This document shows positions 1 to 8,137 of a DNA stretch of 63,357 nucleotides, piece after piece. The stretch is taken from the NCBI GenBank assembly GCA_027002875.1, contig JALWZC010000058.1:1-63357 (forward strand), in the 5' to 3' direction. The notes under the pieces were generated by a model. It was not told the DNA's origin, searched no databases, and saw nothing but the letters and a program-made list of their open reading frames with translations. The DNA comes from Desulfurococcales archaeon. GTDB lineage: Archaea; Thermoproteota; Thermoprotei_A; Sulfolobales; Desulfurococcaceae. Both the position numbers and the translations under genes were made by a program. How positions within the stretch are numbered: the stretch's first letter is position 1; each line of letters begins with the position of its first letter.

Positions 1-894
1 GCCCTCGTGGCATCTAAGCTCATAGGAACGGGTCTTGGAGCCCATTTGAGGAGTAGTAGTAAGTATGCCGGTGATGACGAGATTGTTTCAGAGATTGATA
101 AGCTTAAGGAAATCCTCGTAGAACTCGTGGGTAAAGCTAGGAATGCTAGTGAACCGGTAACACTGTATGAGGGCGAGTTTATAGGTTTACTCGGTCTTAC
201 AAGTACTGCTAAGTATAGACTGGATCATTATAGATCTCTCGTCACACCTACGATTAGGGGTCATCATAGTTTTAAAAGTATAGGAGGGCCTTATGGAGAA
301 GTAGTTGATTTCGCTGAGAAGCTGTTACCGAGGATTAATAATGAACAACTCAGCGAAGCGCTGCTTGATTATGTTATTGAGAAAATGATTAACTACCCGG
401 TAGTAAGGATTACACATATACTCCCAAATGGTGAGAGGACCCAGTTAACGCCGGGTGTTTTCAAGAAGTTTCTAAATGAACGGGCCTTACTCGTTATAGA
501 AAGGGTTTTCAAGAAGCCCGGAGTATATGATGGGCTCGGCCTCGAGAAGAAGCCCGGCGATAAGGACTTATTAGTTGTCCCATTAAACGATTACTGGATC
601 AGCCACAACTACTACCGAGGAAGAGAGTGGCTAGGGTCATACATAAATATAAACACACCCCCAGAAATACTGCCGGGAACCATAAAATACCACGACCTAC
701 TAGTCGACGTAGTCGTAGAACCAACCGGTTCTTCCAGGATAATCGACGAGGAAGAACTAGAAGAATACACTTCCAAGAACATCATACCCGAAAAACTAGC
801 CGAGAAAGCATCGATGAAAGCAGAAGAAATCAATGAAAACCCGCTAAACTACACATACCAAGAACTATTGGAAGAAACAATGGATAAAGAATAA
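1..894 (+). CDS. DUF402-domain protein, FAU-1-like RNA-binding/ribonuclease, C-terminal part (5' end outside window)
   Basis: The frame is open from nt 1; track ORF 7..894 begins at an internal GTG. WLGSYININTPPEILPGTIKYHDLLVDVVVEPTGSSRIIDEEELEE fits the DUF402 pattern (Y-x-N-I-x-TP, DL-x-VD, acidic D/E-E-L tail) of archaeal FAU-1. Confidence 0.55.
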   Translation, partial: ALVASKLIGTGLGAHLRSSSKYAGDDEIVSEIDKLKEILVELVGKARNASEPVTLYEGEFIGLLGLTSTAKYRLDHYRSLVTPTIRGHHSFKSIGGPYGEVVDFAEKLLPRINNEQLSEALLDYVIEKMINYPVVRITHILPNGERTQLTPGVFKKFLNERALLVIERVFKKPGVYDGLGLEKKPGDKDLLVVPLNDYWISHNYYRGREWLGSYININTPPEILPGTIKYHDLLVDVVVEPTGSSRIIDEEELEEYTSKNIIPEKLAEKASMKAEEINENPLNYTYQELLEETMDKE

Positions 895-947
895 AACCCC
901 AACAAGAACATCAAATAGAATAACGAAAAACCCCAACCCCGATAAAA

Positions 948-1032
948 GCGGGGGTGCCCGAGCCTGGTCAAAGGGGTCGGGCTTAGGACCCGATGGCGTA
1001 GGCCTGCGTGGGTTCAAATCCCACCCCCCGCA
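948..1032 (+). tRNA. tRNA-Leu (anticodon UAG), class II, no intron
   Basis: 85-nt cloverleaf. Acceptor GCGGGGG/CCCCCGC; anticodon stem TCGGG/CCCGA with loop CTTAGGA (anticodon TAG at 984-986). 14-nt variable arm, T arm GTGGG-TTCAAAT-CCCAC, discriminator A. CCA is not encoded. Confidence 0.9.
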
Positions 1033-1154
1033 CTCACTGATCCGTTTCTCCCATAGAAAAATAACTATACTCCCCACAATACTCCTGGTAATTCTCCTAA
1101 AAATCCCTCAAGCAATCCCACAAATAACCCGGCCCTCAATCCCATAAATGTAAT

Positions 1155-1976
1155 CTTTCAGTTCTTTCTGGTTGCTACTGATCTTTTGGACTATTTATCC
1201 TTAATCGAAGAGGAGAAGGAAAAGACTTTCAGTTCTTTCTGGTTGCTACCCACGGTTATTCTCGGAATAATCATAATACCCCGAAACACTCCACGACAAC
1301 TTTCAGTTCTTTCTGGTTGCTACTTTATCGAGTTTCTCCTTGAGGCTGCGTTGTTTTTCCTCGATTTCTAGCTTTCAGTTCTTTCTGGTTGCTACGTATT
1401 CTATCGTTTCTCTCCCATAATGCTTCTTCGAGAGAATTATAGCGTCTTTCAGTTCTTTCTGGTTGCTACACATGAATAGGAATACTCCGGGAACAATGCT
1501 TCTACGCCACGTAAATATCTTTCAGTTCTTTCTGGTTGCTACCGGATTGAAAATGATCCTCGCACTTGTGAGGTTGGCTAAGTCTAATCCTTTCAGTTCT
1601 TTCTGGTTGCTACAATTACTCAAAGATCTTTATGATTATTCACTATCCGTGAAGGATCCACTTTCAGTTCTTTCTGGTTGCTACCTAGGCGGAACACCAA
1701 TACAGGTAAAAACAGTAACAACACCAACAATACTTTCAGTTCTTTCTGGTTGCTACGCGGAGAATAACACCGGTCCGGCCTCCACGACCGAGTGCGTTCT
1801 TCAACCTTTCAGTTCTTTCTGGTTGCTACAAGCGAAGAAGACAAGATACGAGAAAAGATAGAAAAAATCTATAATGAATTCTTTCAGTTCTTTCTGGTTG
1901 CTACAGTTGTCATCGTGTATCCAGACCACTGCTTTACGGTCCACTAGGTTGACTTTCAGTTCTTTCTGGTTGCTAC
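1155..1976 (-). CRISPR. CRISPR array, 12 repeats / 11 spacers
   Basis: 12 identical 24-nt repeats CTTTCAGTTCTTTCTGGTTGCTAC start at 1155, 1226, 1300, 1372, 1446, 1519, 1590, 1661, 1733, 1806, 1881 and 1953. Spacers are 47,50,48,50,49,47,47,48,49,51,48 nt and all differ. The minus-strand reading GTAGCAACCAGAAAGAACTGAAAG ends in the archaeal GAAAG tag motif, so transcription is inferred right-to-left. Confidence 0.97.
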
Positions 1977-2040
1977 TGAGGTTATTATTTTTCCTGGTTG
2001 TTTAAATATTTTATGGTTAACCCTGTATCCTTATCCCAAC
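1977..2040 (-). promoter_or_regulatory. Candidate CRISPR leader-proximal promoter
   Basis: AT-rich DNA abuts the repeat at 1953-1976. TTTAAATATT (2001-2010) is a TATA-like box about 25-35 nt upstream (minus sense) of that repeat. The orientation rests on the GAAAG argument only. Confidence 0.35.
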
Positions 2041-2213
2041 CACGCCCCTCTTCATCGCGGAACCACGGGTTCGGTTGGTATAGATCAACAATACAGTGTA
2101 TTGAATTTTGGAGTTTGTTCTTTATTGTGTTATCGTTTTGTGGTAGGTTATTTTAGCGTGTTGTTATACTAGTATTATGCTGATTGTACGGTTCTAGTGT
2201 TGTGGTGTTGGTT

Positions 2214-3296
2214 ATGCTTGGTAAGCATCCCCTAGATCTTGCTCTGCCGGGTAAGGAGTTTAGTTCTTCTCGTGTTGGTGAAGCGTTGAGGCTGGCTATT
2301 ATTGCGGAGCTTGACGCTATTAATCTGTATTTGCAGCTTGCTGAGAGGATAGGTGATGAGAGGATTCGTAGGGTTTTCCTAGATATTGCTAGGGAGGAGA
2401 AGACTCATGTTGGTGAGTTCCTAGCATTGCTTAAGAATATTGATCCGGAGCAGGTTGAGGAGTTGAAGGCTGGTGCTGAGGAGGTTGAAGAGCTTACTGG
2501 GATTAAGACTCCCAGTGATCCCCCTAGGGAAGGAGAAAATAATGGTGGCGAGAGCGGTGATTTCATAGGAAAGGCTTTGAAGAACGCGTTATCGTTTATG
2601 GATAAGTACCGGGTATTCAGGAAACACCTACCCGTAACCGTGCTGGGGCCTGGAGTTGAGGCTGTACTTGTATGGGATAAGGTTGAGGGTAGGGTTAAGC
2701 CCCTCCTACTCCACGAATATTCTACGATGATCAGGATCCCGCAGAGATTAATCGAGGCGGCATCGAGGAGCGGTGATGAATCATTATTGACTCCGGTTTA
2801 TGAAGCTGTTACTGGTTTTGCTTTGGGGGAGGATAAGTTGATCCTTATGGGAACCGGGGAGTTTACAGGCTTGCTAAACACCAAAGGAACAAAAACACTA
2901 AACATAAGCGACTGGTCCCAGCCGGGCAGCGCTGTTGAAGACGTTGCTAACGCGTTGAAAGCTATGGGCGAGAACGGGATCGTTCCACCCTATAAGTTAT
3001 TCTTAAATCCTGCACTATACGCTGAGCTTGTTAAAGTTCATGAGAAGACTGGTATGATGGAGTTGGAGAGGGTTAAGAAGCTTGTTGATGAAGTAGTAGT
3101 TCTAAACAGCCTTGATCCCGATACGGCGCTTCTAGTCGCGGCGAGTAAGCAGTACTTAGACATAGTGTATGGTGTTGATACGAGGCTAGACTATATAGGG
3201 CCTGAGAACGGTTTTCAGGTATACAGGCTGTGGGAAACTATAACCCTCAGGGTTAAAGAGCCCGCTGCAATACTATTGTTGAAAAAGACTGGTTGA
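2214..3296 (+). CDS. Encapsulin shell protein with N-terminal fused ferritin-like (Flp) domain
   Basis: Track ORF is 2184..3296; the in-frame ATG at 2214 is the likely start. The N-terminal ~100 aa form a ferritin-like helical domain (AIIAELDAINLY, AREEKTHVGEF with E-x-x-H), followed by a Gly/Glu-rich linker. The remaining ~265 aa resemble family-1 encapsulins; the C-terminus RLWETITLRVKEPAAILLLKK parallels the recalled Thermotoga encapsulin end FTFQVVNPEALILLKF. Confidence 0.85.
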   Translation: MLGKHPLDLALPGKEFSSSRVGEALRLAIIAELDAINLYLQLAERIGDERIRRVFLDIAREEKTHVGEFLALLKNIDPEQVEELKAGAEEVEELTGIKTPSDPPREGENNGGESGDFIGKALKNALSFMDKYRVFRKHLPVTVLGPGVEAVLVWDKVEGRVKPLLLHEYSTMIRIPQRLIEAASRSGDESLLTPVYEAVTGFALGEDKLILMGTGEFTGLLNTKGTKTLNISDWSQPGSAVEDVANALKAMGENGIVPPYKLFLNPALYAELVKVHEKTGMMELERVKKLVDEVVVLNSLDPDTALLVAASKQYLDIVYGVDTRLDYIGPENGFQVYRLWETITLRVKEPAAILLLKKTG

Positions 3297-3368
3297 ACGA
3301 TACCCGTTTAATCCTATATTACAATAATTATTTTCTAGGAACACGTAGTATATGGAGGTCTTGACGGG

Positions 3369-3845
3369 TTGGAGATCGAGGAGATCAAGAAGCTTGCTCA
3401 TGAAATGGCTATTCAGGAGAAAAAATATGCCGAGGAGCTTAGGAAGCTGGCGGAGAAGATTAAACACCCTGTACTTGAAGCCTTGATCAAGGGTATTGCG
3501 AGCGATAGCGAGAAGCATAGTATATTCTATAGTGCTGTAGAGGAATTATTATCAAGGGTACAACCACTACTCACCGAGGAAGAATTAGAGGAGATTAAGA
3601 AGGGTATAAGGAAGCATATCGAGATGGAGGCTAAAATGGTTGAATTCACACGTAAAATGGCTCAAGAAACAGATGATCCAAGGCTCAAACTAGTATTCTC
3701 AGCAATACACGAAGACGAATTAAAGCATCACAAACTATTACTGGACATCGAGAAGAAGATCGCCGAACTAGAGACGTTCACCGAGGAAGACTTATGGGAC
3801 GCTATATGGAAGGACAGCCCATGGCACGGATCGCCGGGTGGTTGA
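3369..3845 (+). CDS. Ferritin-like / rubrerythrin-like four-helix-bundle protein
   Basis: 158 aa and helical, with paired E-x-x-H-like motifs (SDSEKHS and HEDELKHH) typical of diiron ferritin-like folds. TTG start. Confidence 0.5.
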   Translation: MEIEEIKKLAHEMAIQEKKYAEELRKLAEKIKHPVLEALIKGIASDSEKHSIFYSAVEELLSRVQPLLTEEELEEIKKGIRKHIEMEAKMVEFTRKMAQETDDPRLKLVFSAIHEDELKHHKLLLDIEKKIAELETFTEEDLWDAIWKDSPWHGSPGG

Positions 3846-3924
3846 TAAGAGCCTGGAGCAAATAAAAACATTAAATTGTTTTCCCATTAAACAACCTTAT
3901 ACTCTCATTCTCCTTAGTGAGAGC

Positions 3925-4593
3925 GTGTCGATTTTGAGTATTAGTTGGCGCAGGCGTTGGCGTAGTAGTGAGAGGATCGCTCTTAGAGTTTTAGAGGAGT
4001 TAGGGTATAAGGTTATTGAAACCGGTAAGAAGATCGTTATTGATGGAATAACTATTTCAGAAGTAGACGCCGTAGCGGTTGATAATGATGGGAATTGCTA
4101 TGCTGTAGAAGTTAAAGCTGGAAGTATTGATGTAACAGGTATTAGGCAGGCTTATACTAATGCCCAACTAGTCAATTGTAAACCATTAATCATTGGTAAG
4201 GGGTTTAGCGATGAAGCCGCTGAAAAACTCGCTGAAAAACTAGGAGTTAAGGCTTACCAGTTAAGCGATGTCTTCCTAGTTGACGCTGAAGAACTCGAAT
4301 TGATTATACGTAGTAGTATTGAGTCATTAGTAGGAGATTTACTAGAGGCCTTTATATCCTCGGAGAAGCTGACGAGTAATGATTCGAGATTGTTTGAGAA
4401 GATTGCTAAGAGTCGTTCGATCAGCGAGCTCGCGGACTCGTTCGGTGTGAGTATTAAGGAAGCTGTTAAGATGATAAATAATCTAAGGGAGAGAGGGGTT
4501 ATTCCACAGCGTTTAAGAGATTATCGATCAATTAGACTATATGCTCTCCTACGATTGCTTGGTTGGAAGCTAAGACTTATGAATAACGAGTAG
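3925..4593 (+). CDS. PD-(D/E)xK nuclease-fold protein with C-terminal HTH-like domain
   Basis: Track ORF is 3838..4593; GTG at 3925 is a likelier start because the upstream part overlaps the previous gene and an A-rich spacer. Nuclease signature ISEVDAVAVDNDGNCYAVEVKAG (D ... E-V-K). HTH-like segment SISELADSFGVSIKEAVKMINNLRERGVI. Confidence 0.55.
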   Translation: MSILSISWRRRWRSSERIALRVLEELGYKVIETGKKIVIDGITISEVDAVAVDNDGNCYAVEVKAGSIDVTGIRQAYTNAQLVNCKPLIIGKGFSDEAAEKLAEKLGVKAYQLSDVFLVDAEELELIIRSSIESLVGDLLEAFISSEKLTSNDSRLFEKIAKSRSISELADSFGVSIKEAVKMINNLRERGVIPQRLRDYRSIRLYALLRLLGWKLRLMNNE

Positions 4594-5148
4594 CCCAGCA
4601 GTTGTCGGTATAATTGTGTGTTTAAGCCTGTATTCCTCGATTAACTCGTATAATTTCCTCGGAGGCGGCGGGAAGAGAGCGTTGTGGAATATTATGAATC
4701 CCTTCCTTTTAATCTTATAGTAGGATTCCTCGAGTATTTTCGGATACCTGTTCTTCTCGATATCTACGAACAATATATCTATCGACTCAGCATCTTTATT
4801 CATCACATATTCTACCGCATCACCAGCCACAGCATTCAACGGTAGCCCCTCTAATCCATGCTTCTTGACATTTCCGGGTATTTGTTCCACGAATGTTTTA
4901 TTCTTCTCAACAGCTTCTACAAGGCAAATGTTACATCCTGAATCGATCAATGCCTTCCCAAGCCACAATGTAGAATATCCAATACCTGCACCAGCATCTA
5001 CGATAACTAGGTGGTTACCGTTTAGGAGCGAGTAAGTATAGACTATACTGTATAGGATGAAACCCTCTTCCTCATCAATACTCGGTATTCCGTAGGATAT
5101 AGATTTATCCCTCAGTTTCCTACTATAATCGAGGAACTCTTTATCCAA
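4570..5148 (-). CDS. SAM-dependent O-methyltransferase (family 3-like)
   Basis: SAM-binding loop VIVDAGAGIGYSTLWL, plus ILFVDIEKNRYP matching the F-I-D-A-D-K-x-x-Y block of class I O-methyltransferases. Confidence 0.65.
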   Translation of the reverse strand: MDKEFLDYSRKLRDKSISYGIPSIDEEEGFILYSIVYTYSLLNGNHLVIVDAGAGIGYSTLWLGKALIDSGCNICLVEAVEKNKTFVEQIPGNVKKHGLEGLPLNAVAGDAVEYVMNKDAESIDILFVDIEKNRYPKILEESYYKIKRKGFIIFHNALFPPPPRKLYELIEEYRLKHTIIPTTAGLLVIHKS

Positions 5149-5185
5149 TTAAAAACACACCCCTCATCCCCCTAACCCTGCCGGG

Positions 5186-5581
5186 CTAGTAATTGTGTAT
5201 AACCAGTTTTATTAGAGAACCATCGCGTAATTTAAGCTTCTCCCTCAGCTTATGTTTTGAAATTACCTCTAGTATATTCCATCCATGCTCTGTGATACAT
5301 GGTTTAAGAACGTATACTTCCTCACTATCTATCCTACCCCGGTAAACTATTACTGGGGAATAACCCGGGAATGGGGGAGGTATTATCTTAGCTGGTATAT
5401 CTGCGAGAACCCATGAAACATCCCGGCCAACATCTATATTGAGAGTTCCGGGATAGGGATCTATTCCTAAGTACTTAATGAATAGTTCACGGTATAATCT
5501 AACATACTTAGCTCCAACACCAAGCCCACTTACTACGACGCCTTCAAGCACGATCTCTTTCTTCAACACTATTCTCCACAT
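5186..5581 (-). CDS. ribK: Archaeal CTP-dependent riboflavin kinase
   Basis: 131 aa. GVVVSGLGVGAKYV ... LGIDPYPGTLNIDV matches the archaeal RibK (DUF120) signature G-x-G-x-G ... P-x-PGTLN. Confidence 0.8.
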   Translation of the reverse strand: MWRIVLKKEIVLEGVVVSGLGVGAKYVRLYRELFIKYLGIDPYPGTLNIDVGRDVSWVLADIPAKIIPPPFPGYSPVIVYRGRIDSEEVYVLKPCITEHGWNILEVISKHKLREKLKLRDGSLIKLVIHNY

Positions 5582-5629
5582 ATACGGGTTAACCAGTTGT
5601 AGATGAGTGTTTTAGAGGATAAAAACAAC

Positions 5630-7459
5630 TTAGTCTTCAAGACCAACAATTTTTTCGAGTACTGGTATTGTTTCCTGAAGGCCTAGTTTTACTAGTGTAT
5701 TTCGCCTTGGTACTCCGCGATAATCCCATCCGCGCTTATCATAGTATAGGTTCAGCATTTTACCATACTTTTCTAAGTCTAATTTTGCGCCCGTATAGGG
5801 TCCTCTGCTCAACGGTTCCTTAAACCATCTCATCGGCGGGTAATCCATGTAGCGGTTCCATCCGTCATGCTCCCTTATCCAGAATGCCCTGATCAACGCG
5901 TAGATCCTGTCTGCTACTTCGTAGATATCGTTTATCGTATAGGTTACACCCGTAGCGGCTGTCAGCATTTTCGGATAGTAGTCCAGGTTTAAACCTAGCT
6001 CTACCCATGGGAGCCTGCAAGTCGTTAGTGATTCAAACATCCCGCCACGGATCCTCTGCAGGAAGATTAGCTTGTCAACCTTCTCTTCATTATAAGCGAA
6101 CCTATCCATTTTAACCTCTAAGCCTATAAGCCACGCATCCTTATGATGTGCTCCGATAGGTGATGTTGCAAAGGCTAGGGCCATTCCGGGAGCCGCGTGA
6201 CAGTCGTAGGCTGATATTTCTAGCCCCTTAACATGCATTGCGAATTCCTCTGCCCCGTTTCTCAGCCATCGGGACATTCGCATTACTCCTTCCGCTAGGA
6301 ATGATCCTAGGCCCCTCCTATACGCGGTGTCGATCAATAGTTTCTGGGCAGCTTTATAATCGCCCCATTCTATCTTCTCATCGATCAGGTTCTTCTCTGA
6401 GGCCTCCATGATGAACCCGAGGCTGTTGCCCATACTAATAGTGTCTAATCCCAATTTATCGGCTAGCTTGTTCAGTGTTGCAACCTTCCTTAGATCGTTT
6501 AGGAGTATGTTGCTTCCGAACATTGCAACGTTTTCATAGTCTAGCTCGCTTTTCTCGCCTCGATCATCTAGGATCACGTTTCCACATTGCATATTACAGT
6601 ATGGGCAGCCCCTTCTTTCAACCTTCAGCTTCTCCATTAAGTCTCCACTAATCTCCTCGTAGTATTCCCATACAGCCTCTCTATAATTCATTGTGGGGAG
6701 AACACTGTTCTCCTGTCCCCAGACTATTGTAGCCATAGTTCCCTGCCTTATCCAGAAATCATAGTTTTCCTTACTCAGTATCTCCTTGTAGGATTCCTCG
6801 CTGAGCCTTCTAAGCTCGGCTTCGTCAGCTAGCTCCGGGTTCTTGGTTCCCTTAATAACTATCGCTTTGAGCTTCTTAGAACCCATGACTGCCCCTATAC
6901 CTGGCCTTCCACCACTACGGCCCTTCATCGATATGATCGTCGCGTATCGGACTAGGTTTTCCCCAGCAGGTCCTATGAGTAGTGTACCGATGTTTCTTCC
7001 ATGCTCCCTTACTAGTTTATCCTCGGTTTCGAAAGTATCACGGCCCCAAAGGTCTTCTGCATCCCTAAACTCTACCTTGTCATCCTCGATGTACAGGTAT
7101 ACTGGTTTCTCACTAGCCCCCCTGATCACTATTGCATCATATCCTGCTTTCTTCAAGTATACTGAAGCCATCGTACCAATGTTTCCGTCTCCATAGCCTA
7201 GTGTTAATGGGCTCTTTGATGCTACGACTAGTTTCCCACTACTAGGCAATGGTAGCCCTGATAATGGGCCTGAAGCTATTATTAATAAGTTATATGGGGA
7301 TAAGGGATCGATTCCCGGCGGTAGCTCATCCCATAATATCTTGACAGCTAAGCCCCTCCCGCCAATATACTTCTTGTAAACCTCGCCGTTGAGCTCTTGC
7401 ACCCAGTATTTCTTCCTAGATAAGTCTACACGTAGTATCCTACCCCACCAACCCTTCAA
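5630..7459 (-). CDS. Tungsten-containing aldehyde:ferredoxin oxidoreductase (AOR family)
   Basis: 609 aa. N-terminus GRILRVDLS...YIGGRGLA, Fe-S Cys motif RRGCPYCNMQCGN, and pterin-binding block DKLGLDTISMGNSLGF. The specific subfamily (AOR/FOR/WOR) was not resolved. Confidence 0.9.
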   Translation of the reverse strand: MKGWWGRILRVDLSRKKYWVQELNGEVYKKYIGGRGLAVKILWDELPPGIDPLSPYNLLIIASGPLSGLPLPSSGKLVVASKSPLTLGYGDGNIGTMASVYLKKAGYDAIVIRGASEKPVYLYIEDDKVEFRDAEDLWGRDTFETEDKLVREHGRNIGTLLIGPAGENLVRYATIISMKGRSGGRPGIGAVMGSKKLKAIVIKGTKNPELADEAELRRLSEESYKEILSKENYDFWIRQGTMATIVWGQENSVLPTMNYREAVWEYYEEISGDLMEKLKVERRGCPYCNMQCGNVILDDRGEKSELDYENVAMFGSNILLNDLRKVATLNKLADKLGLDTISMGNSLGFIMEASEKNLIDEKIEWGDYKAAQKLLIDTAYRRGLGSFLAEGVMRMSRWLRNGAEEFAMHVKGLEISAYDCHAAPGMALAFATSPIGAHHKDAWLIGLEVKMDRFAYNEEKVDKLIFLQRIRGGMFESLTTCRLPWVELGLNLDYYPKMLTAATGVTYTINDIYEVADRIYALIRAFWIREHDGWNRYMDYPPMRWFKEPLSRGPYTGAKLDLEKYGKMLNLYYDKRGWDYRGVPRRNTLVKLGLQETIPVLEKIVGLED

Positions 7460-7533
7460 GAACAGGCACCTCCACGATACTATTATACAGCCCTCTACGG
7501 ATTTATAGATTATTGAAGGGTATATATGAAGGG

Positions 7534-7589
7534 GTGATGAATACTCCCCGGCCGGAGCAGGAAGCTATGACGATAATTCCTTTAACTGA
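7534..7589 (+). ncRNA. Box C/D sRNA (dual guide, predicted 16S rRNA targets)
   Basis: Layout is GTGATGA (C) - 12 nt ATACTCCCCGGC - CGGA (D') - 10 nt - ATGACGA (C') - 12 nt TAATTCCTTTAA - CTGA (D). Both guides are complementary to neighbouring universally conserved 16S segments (recalled: CCUGGGGAGUAC and UUAAAGGAAUUG). Confidence 0.75.
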
Positions 7590-7621
7590 AGCCGAGCTGT
7601 TTCGAGGGGTGTAGGTAGGGT

Positions 7622-8137
7622 TTGAGCATAGACTATGAGAGGAGGATCCTTGCGGGTATTAGGTATTCAAGGCTATTCGTAGAGACAAGTATTGATCGCA
7701 GAGATATACTGGAAATAGTTGAAATGGCTAGATGGGCTCCAAGCATTGGTAATATACAGCCATGGGAGCTTGTGATCGTTGACGATAAGTTATTGATACA
7801 TAAGCTATCAAGGCTACACCCAGCCGGGAGATTATTCGAAAAAGCCGCTGTATTATTCTTCATAGTAACCCATCCAGAACAGAGCCCCCACCACTTAATA
7901 GATGGAGGAAGCCTTATGGCTTATTTAATGCTCGCATCATCAATCAAAGGCTACGGAGTATTCCCCCTTCAACTCCAAGACGACCCAGTGTTTAAGAGCG
8001 AGTTAAATATTCCGCCGAAACTATACCTTCTAGGACTAGTTGCTGTAGGTAAACCCGCTCCAGGCCTGAGGAGTTTCCAGCCCCGTAAACCACTAGAAGC
8101 AATCATATACTATAACAAGTACGGGTTGAGGCATTAA
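7622..8137 (+). CDS. Nitroreductase-family protein
   Basis: ILEIVEMARWAPSIGNIQPWELVIVDD is the canonical nitroreductase N-terminal block (A-P-S-x-x-N-x-Q-P-W). 171 aa. Confidence 0.7.
   Translation: MSIDYERRILAGIRYSRLFVETSIDRRDILEIVEMARWAPSIGNIQPWELVIVDDKLLIHKLSRLHPAGRLFEKAAVLFFIVTHPEQSPHHLIDGGSLMAYLMLASSIKGYGVFPLQLQDDPVFKSELNIPPKLYLLGLVAVGKPAPGLRSFQPRKPLEAIIYYNKYGLRH

Noticed and set aside
865-1077. Minus-strand ORF of 70 aa.
   Set aside because: It overlaps the tRNA-Leu gene antisense. Its GC-rich Pro/Gly content is a by-product of the tRNA sequence.
1186-1861. Track ORFs 1186..1371 and 1463..1861 (61 and 132 aa).
   Set aside because: They lie entirely inside the CRISPR array. Their repeated FSSFWLL / LSVLSGCY peptides are just translations of the repeat.
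1989-2003. TTTTTCCTGGTTGTT just after the last repeat, resembling part of the repeat (TTCTGGTTGCT).
   Set aside because: It lies only 12 nt from the last full repeat, with no spacer-length gap, and matches fewer than 11 nt. It is treated as leader sequence, not as a degenerate repeat.
2049-2058. The motif CTCTTCATCG recurs at about 2049, 12450 and 13435, which suggested a shared regulatory element.
   Set aside because: At 13436-13442 it is the reverse complement of the C' box (ATGAAGA) of a C/D sRNA. At 12450 and 2049 no partner boxes with correct spacing exist. Three short matches are compatible with chance.
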